Shown here: piece after piece, positions 1-8,112 of the stretch
Numbering within the stretch: position 1 is the first letter of the stretch
Layout of the letters: the number at the start of each line of letters is the position of its first letter
DNA from: a virus
Direction: 5' to 3' (one strand)
Length of the DNA stretch: 19,901 bases
Virus record (IMG/VR): IMGVR_UViG_3300021961_009763
Notes under the pieces: generated by a model
The model's input: only the letters and a program-made list of their open reading frames with translations
What the model was told of the DNA's origin: nothing
Database searches by the model: none
Made by a program: the position numbers and the translations under genes

Positions 1-42
1 GTCAGAAATGGCTCCGGAGGTTCGAATCCTCCTCGTTCCGCA
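1..42 (+). tRNA. 3' part of a tRNA cut by the window edge, possibly tRNA-Asp(GTC)
   Basis: T-arm GGAGG-TTCGAAT-CCTCC (16-32), acceptor 3' strand TCGTTCC plus G. The first bases, GTCAG, would fit loop positions 34-38, giving anticodon GTC. The 5' half is outside the window. Confidence 0.6.
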
Positions 43-55
43 AATTGATAATTAC

Positions 56-90
56 TATCCATTTTATGGATATAAAAAAATTTTTTAAAT
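56..90 (+). terminator. possible intrinsic terminator downstream of the tRNA
   Basis: Perfect 7-bp hairpin TATCCAT-TTT-ATGGATA (56-72) followed by an A-run and then a T-run. The stem is AU-rich and weak. Confidence 0.3.
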
Positions 91-130
91 GTGTAGAACC
101 CTAGGTTACGGATGGTATAATATATATATT

Positions 131-593
131 ATGGGTATGTATGATTCTATATTTATAGATTATCCTTTGCCAATAGAAAAATATATTCCTAAAGAATATA
201 AAAATTCAATATATTATTCAATTGCTGCAGATGGATTTCAAACAAAAGACTTAGACTGCGCGCTAAATTCATATTATGTATCTAATGATGGAAAATTATT
301 TTTAGATATATTTGATTTTTCTAGTGCTAAAATGCTAGAAAGAAAACCAGTATATTTTCACGGCCACATTAACATAAATACAGTTGTTTATTTAGATGAC
401 TCTAATCTAGAAGAATGGCATCGGGATAAAGGTACGCATCAATAAAGGTGGATATCCTAAAAATATTATAAGGTTAGAATACGACCTAAAATTTACTGAT
501 AGCCTATTAGTCAAGGCTACAATGATTAGTCCAACTAAAAAAGATATAGATGATCTTATTTTACCTTTGGGCGGATTTGACCTAGACGATTAA
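131..593 (+). CDS. phage hypothetical protein, split by one CGGN site
   Basis: Triplet reading ends at 445 (...LEEWHRDKGTHQ*). The in-frame CGG is at 422-424. Reading CGGG (422-425) as one codon gives ...SNLEEWH-[G]-IKVRINKGGYPKNIIRLEYDLKFTDSLLVKATMISPTKKDIDDLILPLGGFDLDD* ending at 593. Length 463 nt = 3n+1. Start chosen at ATG 131 (MGMYDSIFIDYPLPIE...). Confidence 0.7.
422..425 (+). other. four-base codon / +1 recoding site CGGG
   Basis: In-frame CGG after CAT. Skipping one base opens a frame of about 55 codons. Confidence 0.75.
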
Positions 594-742
594 AGAAACG
601 TGCCAAATACTATTGAGCTAAATCTTTCTGGTATCCCAAGAGTTTCAGCTAAAATCAACCAATAGGTTTTATAGGCTACCCACAAAGAAGTTAGATAGGA
701 TAGCATATAAAGTATTTCCATGGTACTATAGTAATATATCAT

Positions 743-817
<75 letters not shown>

Positions 818-820
818 TCT

Positions 821-2259
821 TTACAATCTACCCCTAAGAACTGTAAGAGCTGTTCCTATATTTCTTAAGGCTCCTGCGCTGTTAATTCCTCCAGCTACTG
901 CCGCTGATGCTTCTGTTGCAGCTCCTAGTAATCTTCCTGTCGAACCAGAGTGTTGAACAACTTTTTCTACACCTTCTTCCACAGTTTGAACAACTGCGTT
1001 TGAAGTTACTCTTGCAGCTACTTGTGATTCTTCTGCTGATCCAAATGCTATTTTATAAGCTTGTTCTCCATACACTTCTTTTAATGGAATTTCACCAGCA
1101 GCTACTTTAGCTGAGTCTTCTTTTAAAACTTTTTCCATCCAAGCAAATTCAATATCTCCTGCTAGTCTTTGACTGGGGTTTTCTAAACCTCTTTTTAATA
1201 TTGATTCTGCATTTTGAAATCCTGAGCTAACTTCAATTCCCCCTTCAACAATGCCAGCCTTACCTCTACTAGACAATCCTGCTATAGGTTTATGTGCTCC
1301 AAGGATTGGAACCTCTCCTGGGTCCCCTCCTATTATTCTAGAATCACTTGATGTAAAATCTCTAACAGCCCTAAGTAACCATGAAGTTCCTCTACCACCA
1401 GTTGAACTTTCGAGATCACTTGCCAGTTCTGCGGATTCTGTAACAACTTTAGCTTTTGCAGCACCGCTGCCATTCCGTTCTTCCAAAATATCCTCCAGCC
1501 ATTCCACCTGAAGCTCTTCCTGCAGACATAAATCCGCCACCCTCTTCAATAACTCCCACCTGCCTCCTTGCTACTTCTAGCCTTTTTGCAAAAGATGGAT
1601 CTCCAGCTTCTTCTAGCTGACGTATTTCATTTCTAGCTAGGTTAACCATTCTCATATTTGCAGATTTAGTATCACCAGCGGCACCACTTGCAATATTTTC
1701 TGATCCTTTTGTAAAATTAGGATCCAAAATTCCTCCCTTTAATTCCGGAGCACCTGCGTGAACAAGATAAGATAATTTTTCATCTGTACCTGGAATTATT
1801 GTTTCATCAAACGCATGAAACATTTTACTGAATTGAAGGGGGTCTGATTGCTTTAGTGCTTTTAATTCTTCATTTCTTGTCACAAGAGCTCTAAACTCCT
1901 CCTGCGAAAAGTCTTCTACGTCAGTAACATTTTGAGCAATTCTCATTCTTTTTCGCTCTTCCCTAAAACCAGCTTGACCAACATTTTCCTGTAGTTGATT
2001 GAGTCTTTTATTTAATCTTTCATCATTAAATTGAGACTGAAAAAACTGCTCTTCTGTTTCTCCGTCCTTCTTGCGCAAATTCTTTTATGATTTCCGCAGT
2101 CCAGTTTCTTGGCGTAGCTGTTTCTCCAATAGAAACATTATACTTTTCTCCCATAAACTGTCCAGTTTTTTTAAATTCTGCTAAAGCAGACTCATATCTA
2201 GATAAATAAGATTTAGCCTGCTCAGTGGCTGCAACGAAATCATCTATAGGTATAGCCAT
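821..2259 (-). CDS. phage hypothetical, possibly structural, protein; one gene split by two CGGN sites
   Basis: The three ORFs 2026-2259, 1449-2078 and 821-1549 join at in-frame CGG codons 2064-2062 and 1466-1464. They give MAIPIDDFVAATEQAK...KEFAQEG-[G]-ETEEQFFQSQFNDERL...GGYFGRTEWQ-[G]-AAKAKVVTESAELASDLESS...VLRGRL*. Length 1439 nt = 3n+2, as expected for two quadruplets. Confidence 0.85.
1463..1466 (-). other. four-base codon / +1 recoding site CGGT
   Basis: ACG GAA TGG CAG [CGGT] GCT GCA AAA GCT. Without the shift it reads RCCKS* and ends at 1449. Confidence 0.85.
2061..2064 (-). other. four-base codon / +1 recoding site CGGA
   Basis: GCG CAA GAA GGA [CGGA] GAA ACA GAA GAG CAG. Without the shift the frame stops at 2026. 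Confidence 0.85.
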
Positions 2260-2321
2260 AATAAAGCCAATCTTTAAGTTACTATTTACTATTATATAGT
2301 AACCCTATGTGGAGGTGTGTG

Positions 2322-2537
2322 ATGGCAGGAAAAAAACCAGCTAAGAGAAATGTGTCTAATGGAAAAGAAATTAAAATAGAACTTCCCGGAAAAGCTATTA
2401 AAGTTATAGGTTTTTTGGGGAATTCTTTTTCTTGCGCTAAATGCAATAGAACACTAAGTAATGGTATAATGTATGAGCATACAGATAATAAATTATACTG
2501 CACTAGAAGGTGCATTCCAGCAAAAGAGGTCGCATAA
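2322..2537 (+). CDS. small Cys-rich zinc-ribbon-like protein
   Basis: MAGKKPAKRNVSNGKEIKIEL...SCAKCNRTLSNGIMYEHTDNKLYCTRRCIP. CxxC...CxxxC pattern. GGAGG upstream of ATG 2322. Confidence 0.7.
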   Translation: MAGKKPAKRNVSNGKEIKIELPGKAIKVIGFLGNSFSCAKCNRTLSNGIMYEHTDNKLYCTRRCIPAKEVA

Positions 2538-2858
2538 ATGGATAAGACTTATTGGTTAGCTGAGTTCCTTGAGGAAATGGAAAATAAACTTCCTCCGGCA
2601 GAACAAGAATATGTTAATGCAATGCTTGGCATTATCGCAAAGTACGGTAAGCTTTCCAATGGTGACGGCAATGGGATCTGGGTTGGCTATGTTCCTGGAG
2701 TTGAAAATGACAACCTTCCCATAGGTGTCAAATGTGGCAACTGTGCCATGTACGAAGGTAACGGAGTCTGCAAGATTGTGGCTCAGACAGTAGAAGACAA
2801 TGGCTATTGTCGTTTAGCTGCGATTCCAGACGGAGTTGTTAAGGGGTACAGAGAGTGA
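2538..2858 (+). CDS. phage hypothetical protein with C-terminal four-Cys module
   Basis: MDKTYWLAEFLEEME...GVKCGNCAMYEGNGVCKIVAQTVEDNGYCRLAAIPDGVVKG. Overlaps the next ORF by 4 nt. Confidence 0.75.
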   Translation: MDKTYWLAEFLEEMENKLPPAEQEYVNAMLGIIAKYGKLSNGDGNGIWVGYVPGVENDNLPIGVKCGNCAMYEGNGVCKIVAQTVEDNGYCRLAAIPDGVVKGYRE

Positions 2859-3229
2859 CCAGAAACTATTGGCTATCAGAGTATACATCTCCTGATGATG
2901 AGGAAATGCCAGAAGGTGAAATGCCTGAAGAGGAACCCGAGGACGAAGAAGATCCAGACGATCCTGAAGAAAAATTAAATCCACGCCAAAAAATGATGTA
3001 CGAACATTATGAAATGTGCGTTGAAGAACACGGTAAGTTTGATCAAACAGCCAAGGGTAACGGTGCACACTACGCACCGGCAGCTAAGAATCCTTTTATA
3101 AAAGAAGGATTAATTTGCTCTAATTGCGTATTCTTTATGGGTGGTCAAGGCTGTGAAATAGTCGCCGGAAAGATAGAACCTAATGCTATCTGTAAACTTT
3201 GGATAATACCAAACGATCTAATTAAATAA
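2855..3229 (+). CDS. phage hypothetical protein, apparent paralog of the preceding C-terminal module
   Basis: GLICSNCVFFMGGQGCEIVAGKIEPNAICKLWIIPNDLIK aligns with the 2538-2858 C-terminus. Confidence 0.75.
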   Translation: MTRNYWLSEYTSPDDEEMPEGEMPEEEPEDEEDPDDPEEKLNPRQKMMYEHYEMCVEEHGKFDQTAKGNGAHYAPAAKNPFIKEGLICSNCVFFMGGQGCEIVAGKIEPNAICKLWIIPNDLIK

Positions 3230-3997
3230 TTAGGCTTCTTCAAATAATCTTTTGCCAGTAAAAGTATAGGTCCCAGTATGGTCAAGAACTATGCTGGGAT
3301 CTATAAATATTTTACCGCCCATTTTTTGCCAGCGGCGACAAAATGTATAGTCTTCTGACAGATAGCGGTCCTCATCAATGATGCAGTCAAATAATGCATG
3401 CCAAGTAGACCCGTCTTCTTCATGTCTATACGCAGTCTCTGGATAAGCTTTAATCATATCCTCAATGACTTGTCGTTGGATCATCATAAATCCAGTTCCT
3501 GCATCTTGAACCTCAACTAATCCATCTATAGTTTCTATTTCAACTTTAGTATTAGGATTGTCTATAAGCATTTGTCTATGCTCTGGCGTTAAGTTAATAA
3601 CATATTGCGAGACTTCTTTTTGCACTTCTTCTAATGTATTTAATTGGCGACCTACAAGATTGTTAAGATCAACCTTCTTAGAAGGGTAGATGCCTGCAAC
3701 AACAGGTTTGTTATGCATAAGCAAGCGTAGAACATCTTCTTGTTTAAACGAAATGTCAGCGTCAACAAAAAATAAATGAGTTGCTTCAGAATCAAGAAAA
3801 AGTTTAACCATTCTATTTCTTGCACGAGTAATCAAAGACTCATTAGCTGACATAACTAACATTTTAGGAATGCCCAGCTTATTTAAATAGGTAGATAGAC
3901 TAAACATAGAAAATGTATATCTATCTGTACACATTCCACCATAACAAGGTGTAGCTATAAAAAGCTTTGCGTTTTTTATAACGTTTTCTGAATTCAT
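3230..3997 (-). CDS. phage glycosyltransferase-like protein (GT-A type)
   Basis: MNSENVIKNAKLFIATPCYGG...THLFFVDADISFKQEDVLRLL...KPVVAGIYPSKK...EDYTFCRRWQKMGGKIFIDPSIVLDHTG. The FFVDADI (DxD) motif and ED..FC signature are typical of this class. Internal Met start chosen. Confidence 0.8.
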   Translation of the reverse strand: MNSENVIKNAKLFIATPCYGGMCTDRYTFSMFSLSTYLNKLGIPKMLVMSANESLITRARNRMVKLFLDSEATHLFFVDADISFKQEDVLRLLMHNKPVVAGIYPSKKVDLNNLVGRQLNTLEEVQKEVSQYVINLTPEHRQMLIDNPNTKVEIETIDGLVEVQDAGTGFMMIQRQVIEDMIKAYPETAYRHEEDGSTWHALFDCIIDEDRYLSEDYTFCRRWQKMGGKIFIDPSIVLDHTGTYTFTGKRLFEEA

Positions 3998-4022
3998 GTT
4001 TATATTATAGCATAACAATATG

Positions 4023-7000
4023 TTAAGCCATTAGGTCACCTATCAAAACATAGCTAGAATTGTTTGCCATGCAAATCAAGGAACCACCAGAATATTGAGC
4101 CCTTAATTTTAATCCTGGAGTTGCATTTACGGTGACTCCAGATCCAGATATTGTCACAACTCCAGAACCTAAATTCAATATATCTATTCTTTCTCCTGCA
4201 ACTAAATTAGTAGAAGTGTTAATAAATACAGTTACGTTAGAAGAGCTGTTAAATGTAACTATTTTTCCTTTATCGCTATTAACCAAATATACTGAAGTAT
4301 TAGTTCCCTGATTATTAAATGCCTGCCTATAGGTTAGGGAGCCATTTATTTCTACTGTAGATGAAGAGAAGTCACCTTTGATTAGAGGACTAGAAGTATT
4401 GCTATTTGCAATATAAAGTTTGTTGGAGCCAGATTCAGAGTCTCCCGCATTGTATCCTATAAATATATTATAACTACCACTTGTGTTATAATATCCGGTT
4501 CCTTTTCCGATGAATATATTTCCAGTACCGCCAGTTAAAGTCCCACCAGCATTTTGTCCAATAGCTATGTTGTCAGTTCCAGTTAAACTAGTGCTGGCAG
4601 CAAGTGCGCTATCTCCTATTGCCACGTTAGCATTGCCTGAAACATTCTTTAGTGAATCTCTTCCTATTCCAATGTTATGATTGCTAGAAGTTATTCCATA
4701 ACCAGAATTGGAACCCATAAATATGTTGTAGGTTCCAGACTGCAGATTATAGCCAGCATTTTCTCCTATAGCTATATTTGAAGCACCGGTGGACATGCCA
4801 AAAGTGCCTCTTAAAGAATTGTAACCAATTCCTACGTTATACGCTCCGGCTGCATATTCTAGTGCAGTGTAACCTATTGCAACTGAATAGTTATTTGAAC
4901 TATTATTTCTTAAAGAACCATAACCTATAGAAACATTTCCTGCGCCCATAGAGTTAGCTGCCTGAGAGTACTCTCCAATTGCTATGTTGTTAGAGCCAAT
5001 CGCGGAAGCATTGCCGGAAGCATAACCGAGAAATACTGTTCCACCAGATAGAGTAGTTTTACCATAAACCATTCCTTCAGAAGTTGAAGAAGCAGAAGGT
5101 GGAGCTGTATTACCAGCAAGATTTGTGGAAGCAGAATTGCCTCCATCAGTTATGTCAATGTAAAAACCTCGTGCTGAACCACCTTGTTCAAAGAAGCGCA
5201 AACGGTTTTGGTAAACATCAATAGTCACCCCACCATTTAGTGTGGTGTTTGTAACTCCCTTATTTAAGAACATTTCTCCACCCTCATCACCAGAGGATGC
5301 TGTGGAACTAATTTTTCCACCGACAGCAAAATCCGTTCCATTATATGTGAGACCAGAATCGCCAGTTGCAACATTTGAACTATTCTTATAGATAACTTGA
5401 TTGGCAGAACCAGGATATGGAATGTCTGCTGTTGACAAAGCCCTGAATGAAGGCAAACCAGAGGAACCATTAGGGGCTGCTAAAACATAGTTAGCAGTTT
5501 TTGAACTGTACGGGTTTTGAGTATCGCCGTAACCACTTGCTAAAGAAACTGTTGCCGAAGAACCTTCAGCGGGGGTATGGGAAACGGAAACAGGACTGCT
5601 TCCCGAAATATCAGACATGTAGTTGCCAGTAGTGTCTGTTCCTAAATTAATTGGATCACCAATCCAAGCTGATCCATTCCATTTTAGGTAATCTCCAGAA
5701 GATGGAGTCGCTGCGGCAACGTCGCTAATATCATCTAGAATTGCGCTACTAAATGCAGTTGTATGATCGAGCGCATTGTGTCTTGCTGTGGTAAGATATT
5801 GTGTGTGATCATCATCTCCAAGACCAGTAAGATTTCCGTGATCAGAAACTGCAACGGCGGCAACGCCAGTTCCACCAGACATAGTGCTTCTAATGTCTAC
5901 TAGACTAACAAGTTTTGCCTTTGGAGTATTTGAATAACTAGTAGATGTATCAAATATAAATTTATATAGTGGCCTAAATTCAAAAACTGGAAATCCATCT
6001 AAATCAAGACTAGAAAAATCTACAGCTTCAGCTTCTCCAACATTCGTATATTGATTTTGACCAAGTATTGCTATAATAGGTTCATTTAAATTATTGGTAG
6101 CTATTATCCAAGATATTCCAAATTGATTATTATTTATATCTGGAGTTGTCCAAGTGCCAGCTGTATTTAAATTGTATGTAGCTCTAGAGGATCCAAATTT
6201 AATTGGATATTGAGTTGCAGTATCTTTCTTCCAAGAAGAATTAGACCTGTAAAACATAGGAATATAAGCACCAGATTGCAATCTTTGTTCCCATGTATTT
6301 GAGGTTGGCGTTGCACTATGATCAATATCAACTTGAAGATCTTCGTCAAAAAATGTTCCATCTGCAATATCAATTTTTGCGTGAGAGTCATCAGATCCAT
6401 TTCCAATCACGTAACCATTTACGCCAAATCCATTGGCTATTGCAGCTCCACGTGTTCTATGTAAATACTCATGGGTAGCCCAATCAAGGGTTACACCGTG
6501 CCTTTCATCTGCAAAAAAATAAGCTTTATTATCTACATCATTCCAGTAAATATACGCAGTTGGAGTGTCTTGGTCCCAGGTGAAATAATCTGTTTTGTAA
6601 TCTAAAGCTCCAGATGAATTAAAGTAAATGTAGTACAAACCAGATAAATCTGGTATTGTTACTGTTTCAGTTCCAGTTTTTACATATCTTTTTCCAGTGC
6701 ACCAGACTGTATAGCTGCTTGATACTGGCGAAATAGAAAATTCCCTGCTAGATTCATCAAATGCTATTACGCTGTCGGATCTATTTTCATGACCAATTGG
6801 TTCTGTACTTGGAAACGTAGTATTAACCCAATTTGTTCCATTATATATTAATACCTGACCATTAGCAGCTGAAGTAATCTGTACATCAGAGACATCATCT
6901 ATAGATCCACTAAAAGCAATGTTGGGCGTTGCGCCTTCTCCTGAATTATTGGTAATTGTAATTCCGGTACCAGATGCTAACTTGGCCACATAATCGCCAA

Positions 7001-7844
7001 TAGTATCTGTTGTTAAATCTATGGCATCATTAATCCATGATGTCCCATTCCACTTTAGGAATTCACCACTGCTTGGTGTTGCATCTACATCATTTAAAGA
7101 ATTAATTCCGTGGTTTGATAGATCAGATATCTGACCAGTTACATTACCAGTAAGATTTCCTGTTACATTTCCTGTTAAGTTGCCCGTTACATTGCCTGTT
7201 ACGTTTCCAGTAACAGACCCTGTTACATTACCTATTACATTTCCAGTAACATTTCCAGTGATAGGAGCAATCACCCTACTGAACGTTGGAGTTGCAGAGG
7301 TTGATACATCTTGACCTATTGAAACAGTTGGATTAGAACCTTCACCTGTTCCAGATGTTATTGTAACTCCAGTTCCGGCAGTTAAGTCTTCTACATAATT
7401 ACCAGTTGTATGATATCCAAGTTGAACAGAATCAGCTATTATTGAATTAATATCATAAAAAGTTGTGCCGTCATTTGTATACTGCCATGTGTCGGTAGTT
7501 TCATTCCATCTAATTTGAACGTTAGTGGAGGTTCCGCGTTCAATTTCTATTCCCGCATTTGTGTTTGGGGTAGCAGAAACATTAGAATTTAATATAAGAA
7601 TATTATCTTCTATAGTTACATTTTCAGTATTAATGGTGGTAGTTGTACCAGTAACGGTTAAGTCGCCAGTAACAGTAAGGTTTGCACTTATGGTTACATT
7701 ATCGGATGTAACTATAGAGCCAAATCCATCTTGTAATAAATCTAAGGTAGAACTTACCAGATCTCCATTTAATTTCTTAAAATAAAAAACTTTATTTGTA
7801 GGGTCAATTGCTACTTGACCAATATTAATATTGGGAACTGGCAT
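4023..7844 (-). CDS. large tail-fiber/adhesin-like structural protein
   Basis: 1273 aa. LTVTGDLTVTGTTTTINTENVTIEDNILILN...; GNVTG tandem repeats; adhesin-like head repeats (NIAIGENAGYNLQSGTYNIFMGSNSG...). No in-frame CGG found. Confidence 0.85.
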   Translation of the reverse strand: MPVPNINIGQVAIDPTNKVFYFKKLNGDLVSSTLDLLQDGFGSIVTSDNVTISANLTVTGDLTVTGTTTTINTENVTIEDNILILNSNVSATPNTNAGIEIERGTSTNVQIRWNETTDTWQYTNDGTTFYDINSIIADSVQLGYHTTGNYVEDLTAGTGVTITSGTGEGSNPTVSIGQDVSTSATPTFSRVIAPITGNVTGNVIGNVTGSVTGNVTGNVTGNLTGNVTGNLTGNVTGQISDLSNHGINSLNDVDATPSSGEFLKWNGTSWINDAIDLTTDTIGDYVAKLASGTGITITNNSGEGATPNIAFSGSIDDVSDVQITSAANGQVLIYNGTNWVNTTFPSTEPIGHENRSDSVIAFDESSREFSISPVSSSYTVWCTGKRYVKTGTETVTIPDLSGLYYIYFNSSGALDYKTDYFTWDQDTPTAYIYWNDVDNKAYFFADERHGVTLDWATHEYLHRTRGAAIANGFGVNGYVIGNGSDDSHAKIDIADGTFFDEDLQVDIDHSATPTSNTWEQRLQSGAYIPMFYRSNSSWKKDTATQYPIKFGSSRATYNLNTAGTWTTPDINNNQFGISWIIATNNLNEPIIAILGQNQYTNVGEAEAVDFSSLDLDGFPVFEFRPLYKFIFDTSTSYSNTPKAKLVSLVDIRSTMSGGTGVAAVAVSDHGNLTGLGDDDHTQYLTTARHNALDHTTAFSSAILDDISDVAAATPSSGDYLKWNGSAWIGDPINLGTDTTGNYMSDISGSSPVSVSHTPAEGSSATVSLASGYGDTQNPYSSKTANYVLAAPNGSSGLPSFRALSTADIPYPGSANQVIYKNSSNVATGDSGLTYNGTDFAVGGKISSTASSGDEGGEMFLNKGVTNTTLNGGVTIDVYQNRLRFFEQGGSARGFYIDITDGGNSASTNLAGNTAPPSASSTSEGMVYGKTTLSGGTVFLGYASGNASAIGSNNIAIGEYSQAANSMGAGNVSIGYGSLRNNSSNNYSVAIGYTALEYAAGAYNVGIGYNSLRGTFGMSTGASNIAIGENAGYNLQSGTYNIFMGSNSGYGITSSNHNIGIGRDSLKNVSGNANVAIGDSALAASTSLTGTDNIAIGQNAGGTLTGGTGNIFIGKGTGYYNTSGSYNIFIGYNAGDSESGSNKLYIANSNTSSPLIKGDFSSSTVEINGSLTYRQAFNNQGTNTSVYLVNSDKGKIVTFNSSSNVTVFINTSTNLVAGERIDILNLGSGVVTISGSGVTVNATPGLKLRAQYSGGSLICMANNSSYVLIGDLMA
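7135..7265 (-). repeat. 12-bp-period in-frame repeat encoding (GNVT/GNLT)n
   Basis: GNVTGNVIGNVTGSVTGNVTGNVTGNLTGNVTGNLTGNVTGQ within the fiber-like CDS. Confidence 0.85.
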
Positions 7845-7854
7845 TTACAATCCT

Positions 7855-8095
7855 TTATTTTGCTTTTTTATCTACCTTATTAAAAACCTCATTTATCTCA
7901 GAGACAGAAAGTTTACCATCATCAAGAAACGCTCTTGATAAACCTTCTATAACTGTTGCTACGCCAGCCATTCCGAGCCATAAAGCAAGCTTTCCATAAA
8001 GGAACTCCAGCTATAGCACCTGCACCTATAACGCTTAGCCCTGATGCAGCAAACGTAGCTACGATTCTTAAAAAGATATTATTTATTGTTTTCAC
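7855..8095 (-). CDS. small holin-like membrane protein, split by one CGGN site
   Basis: Not in the ORF track as an intact gene. AGGAGGG lies upstream of a GTG start at 8095. Quadruplet reading gives MKTINNIFLRIVATFAASGLSVIGAGAIAGVPLWKACFMA-[G]-MAGVATVIEGLSRAFLDDGKLSVSEINEVFNKVDKKAK*. Length 241 nt = 3n+1. Holin role inferred from size, hydrophobicity and placement. Confidence 0.75.
7972..7975 (-). other. four-base codon / +1 recoding site CGGA
   Basis: TTT ATG GCT [CGGA] ATG GCT GGC GTA. Triplet reading terminates soon after (ARNGWRSNSYRRFIKSVS*). Confidence 0.85.
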
Positions 8096-8112
8096 TTACC
8101 CTCCTATAGTAA

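Noticed and set aside
1449-1549. Overlapping ORF starts (MRKKDGETEE..., MKRVADLCLQEE...) as separate overlapping genes.
   Set aside because: They begin inside the preceding coding frame without clear separate domains. The joined CGGN reading explains all three ORFs as one protein.
5264-6478. Plus-strand ORFs within the fiber gene, and the 7525-7785 and 7956-8177 ORFs.
   Set aside because: They are antisense to a well-supported CDS, with no RBS or recognizable domains.
7135-7265. GNVT repeat array as a possible CRISPR.
   Set aside because: The period is 12 bp, continuous and in frame with a structural protein, with no spacers.
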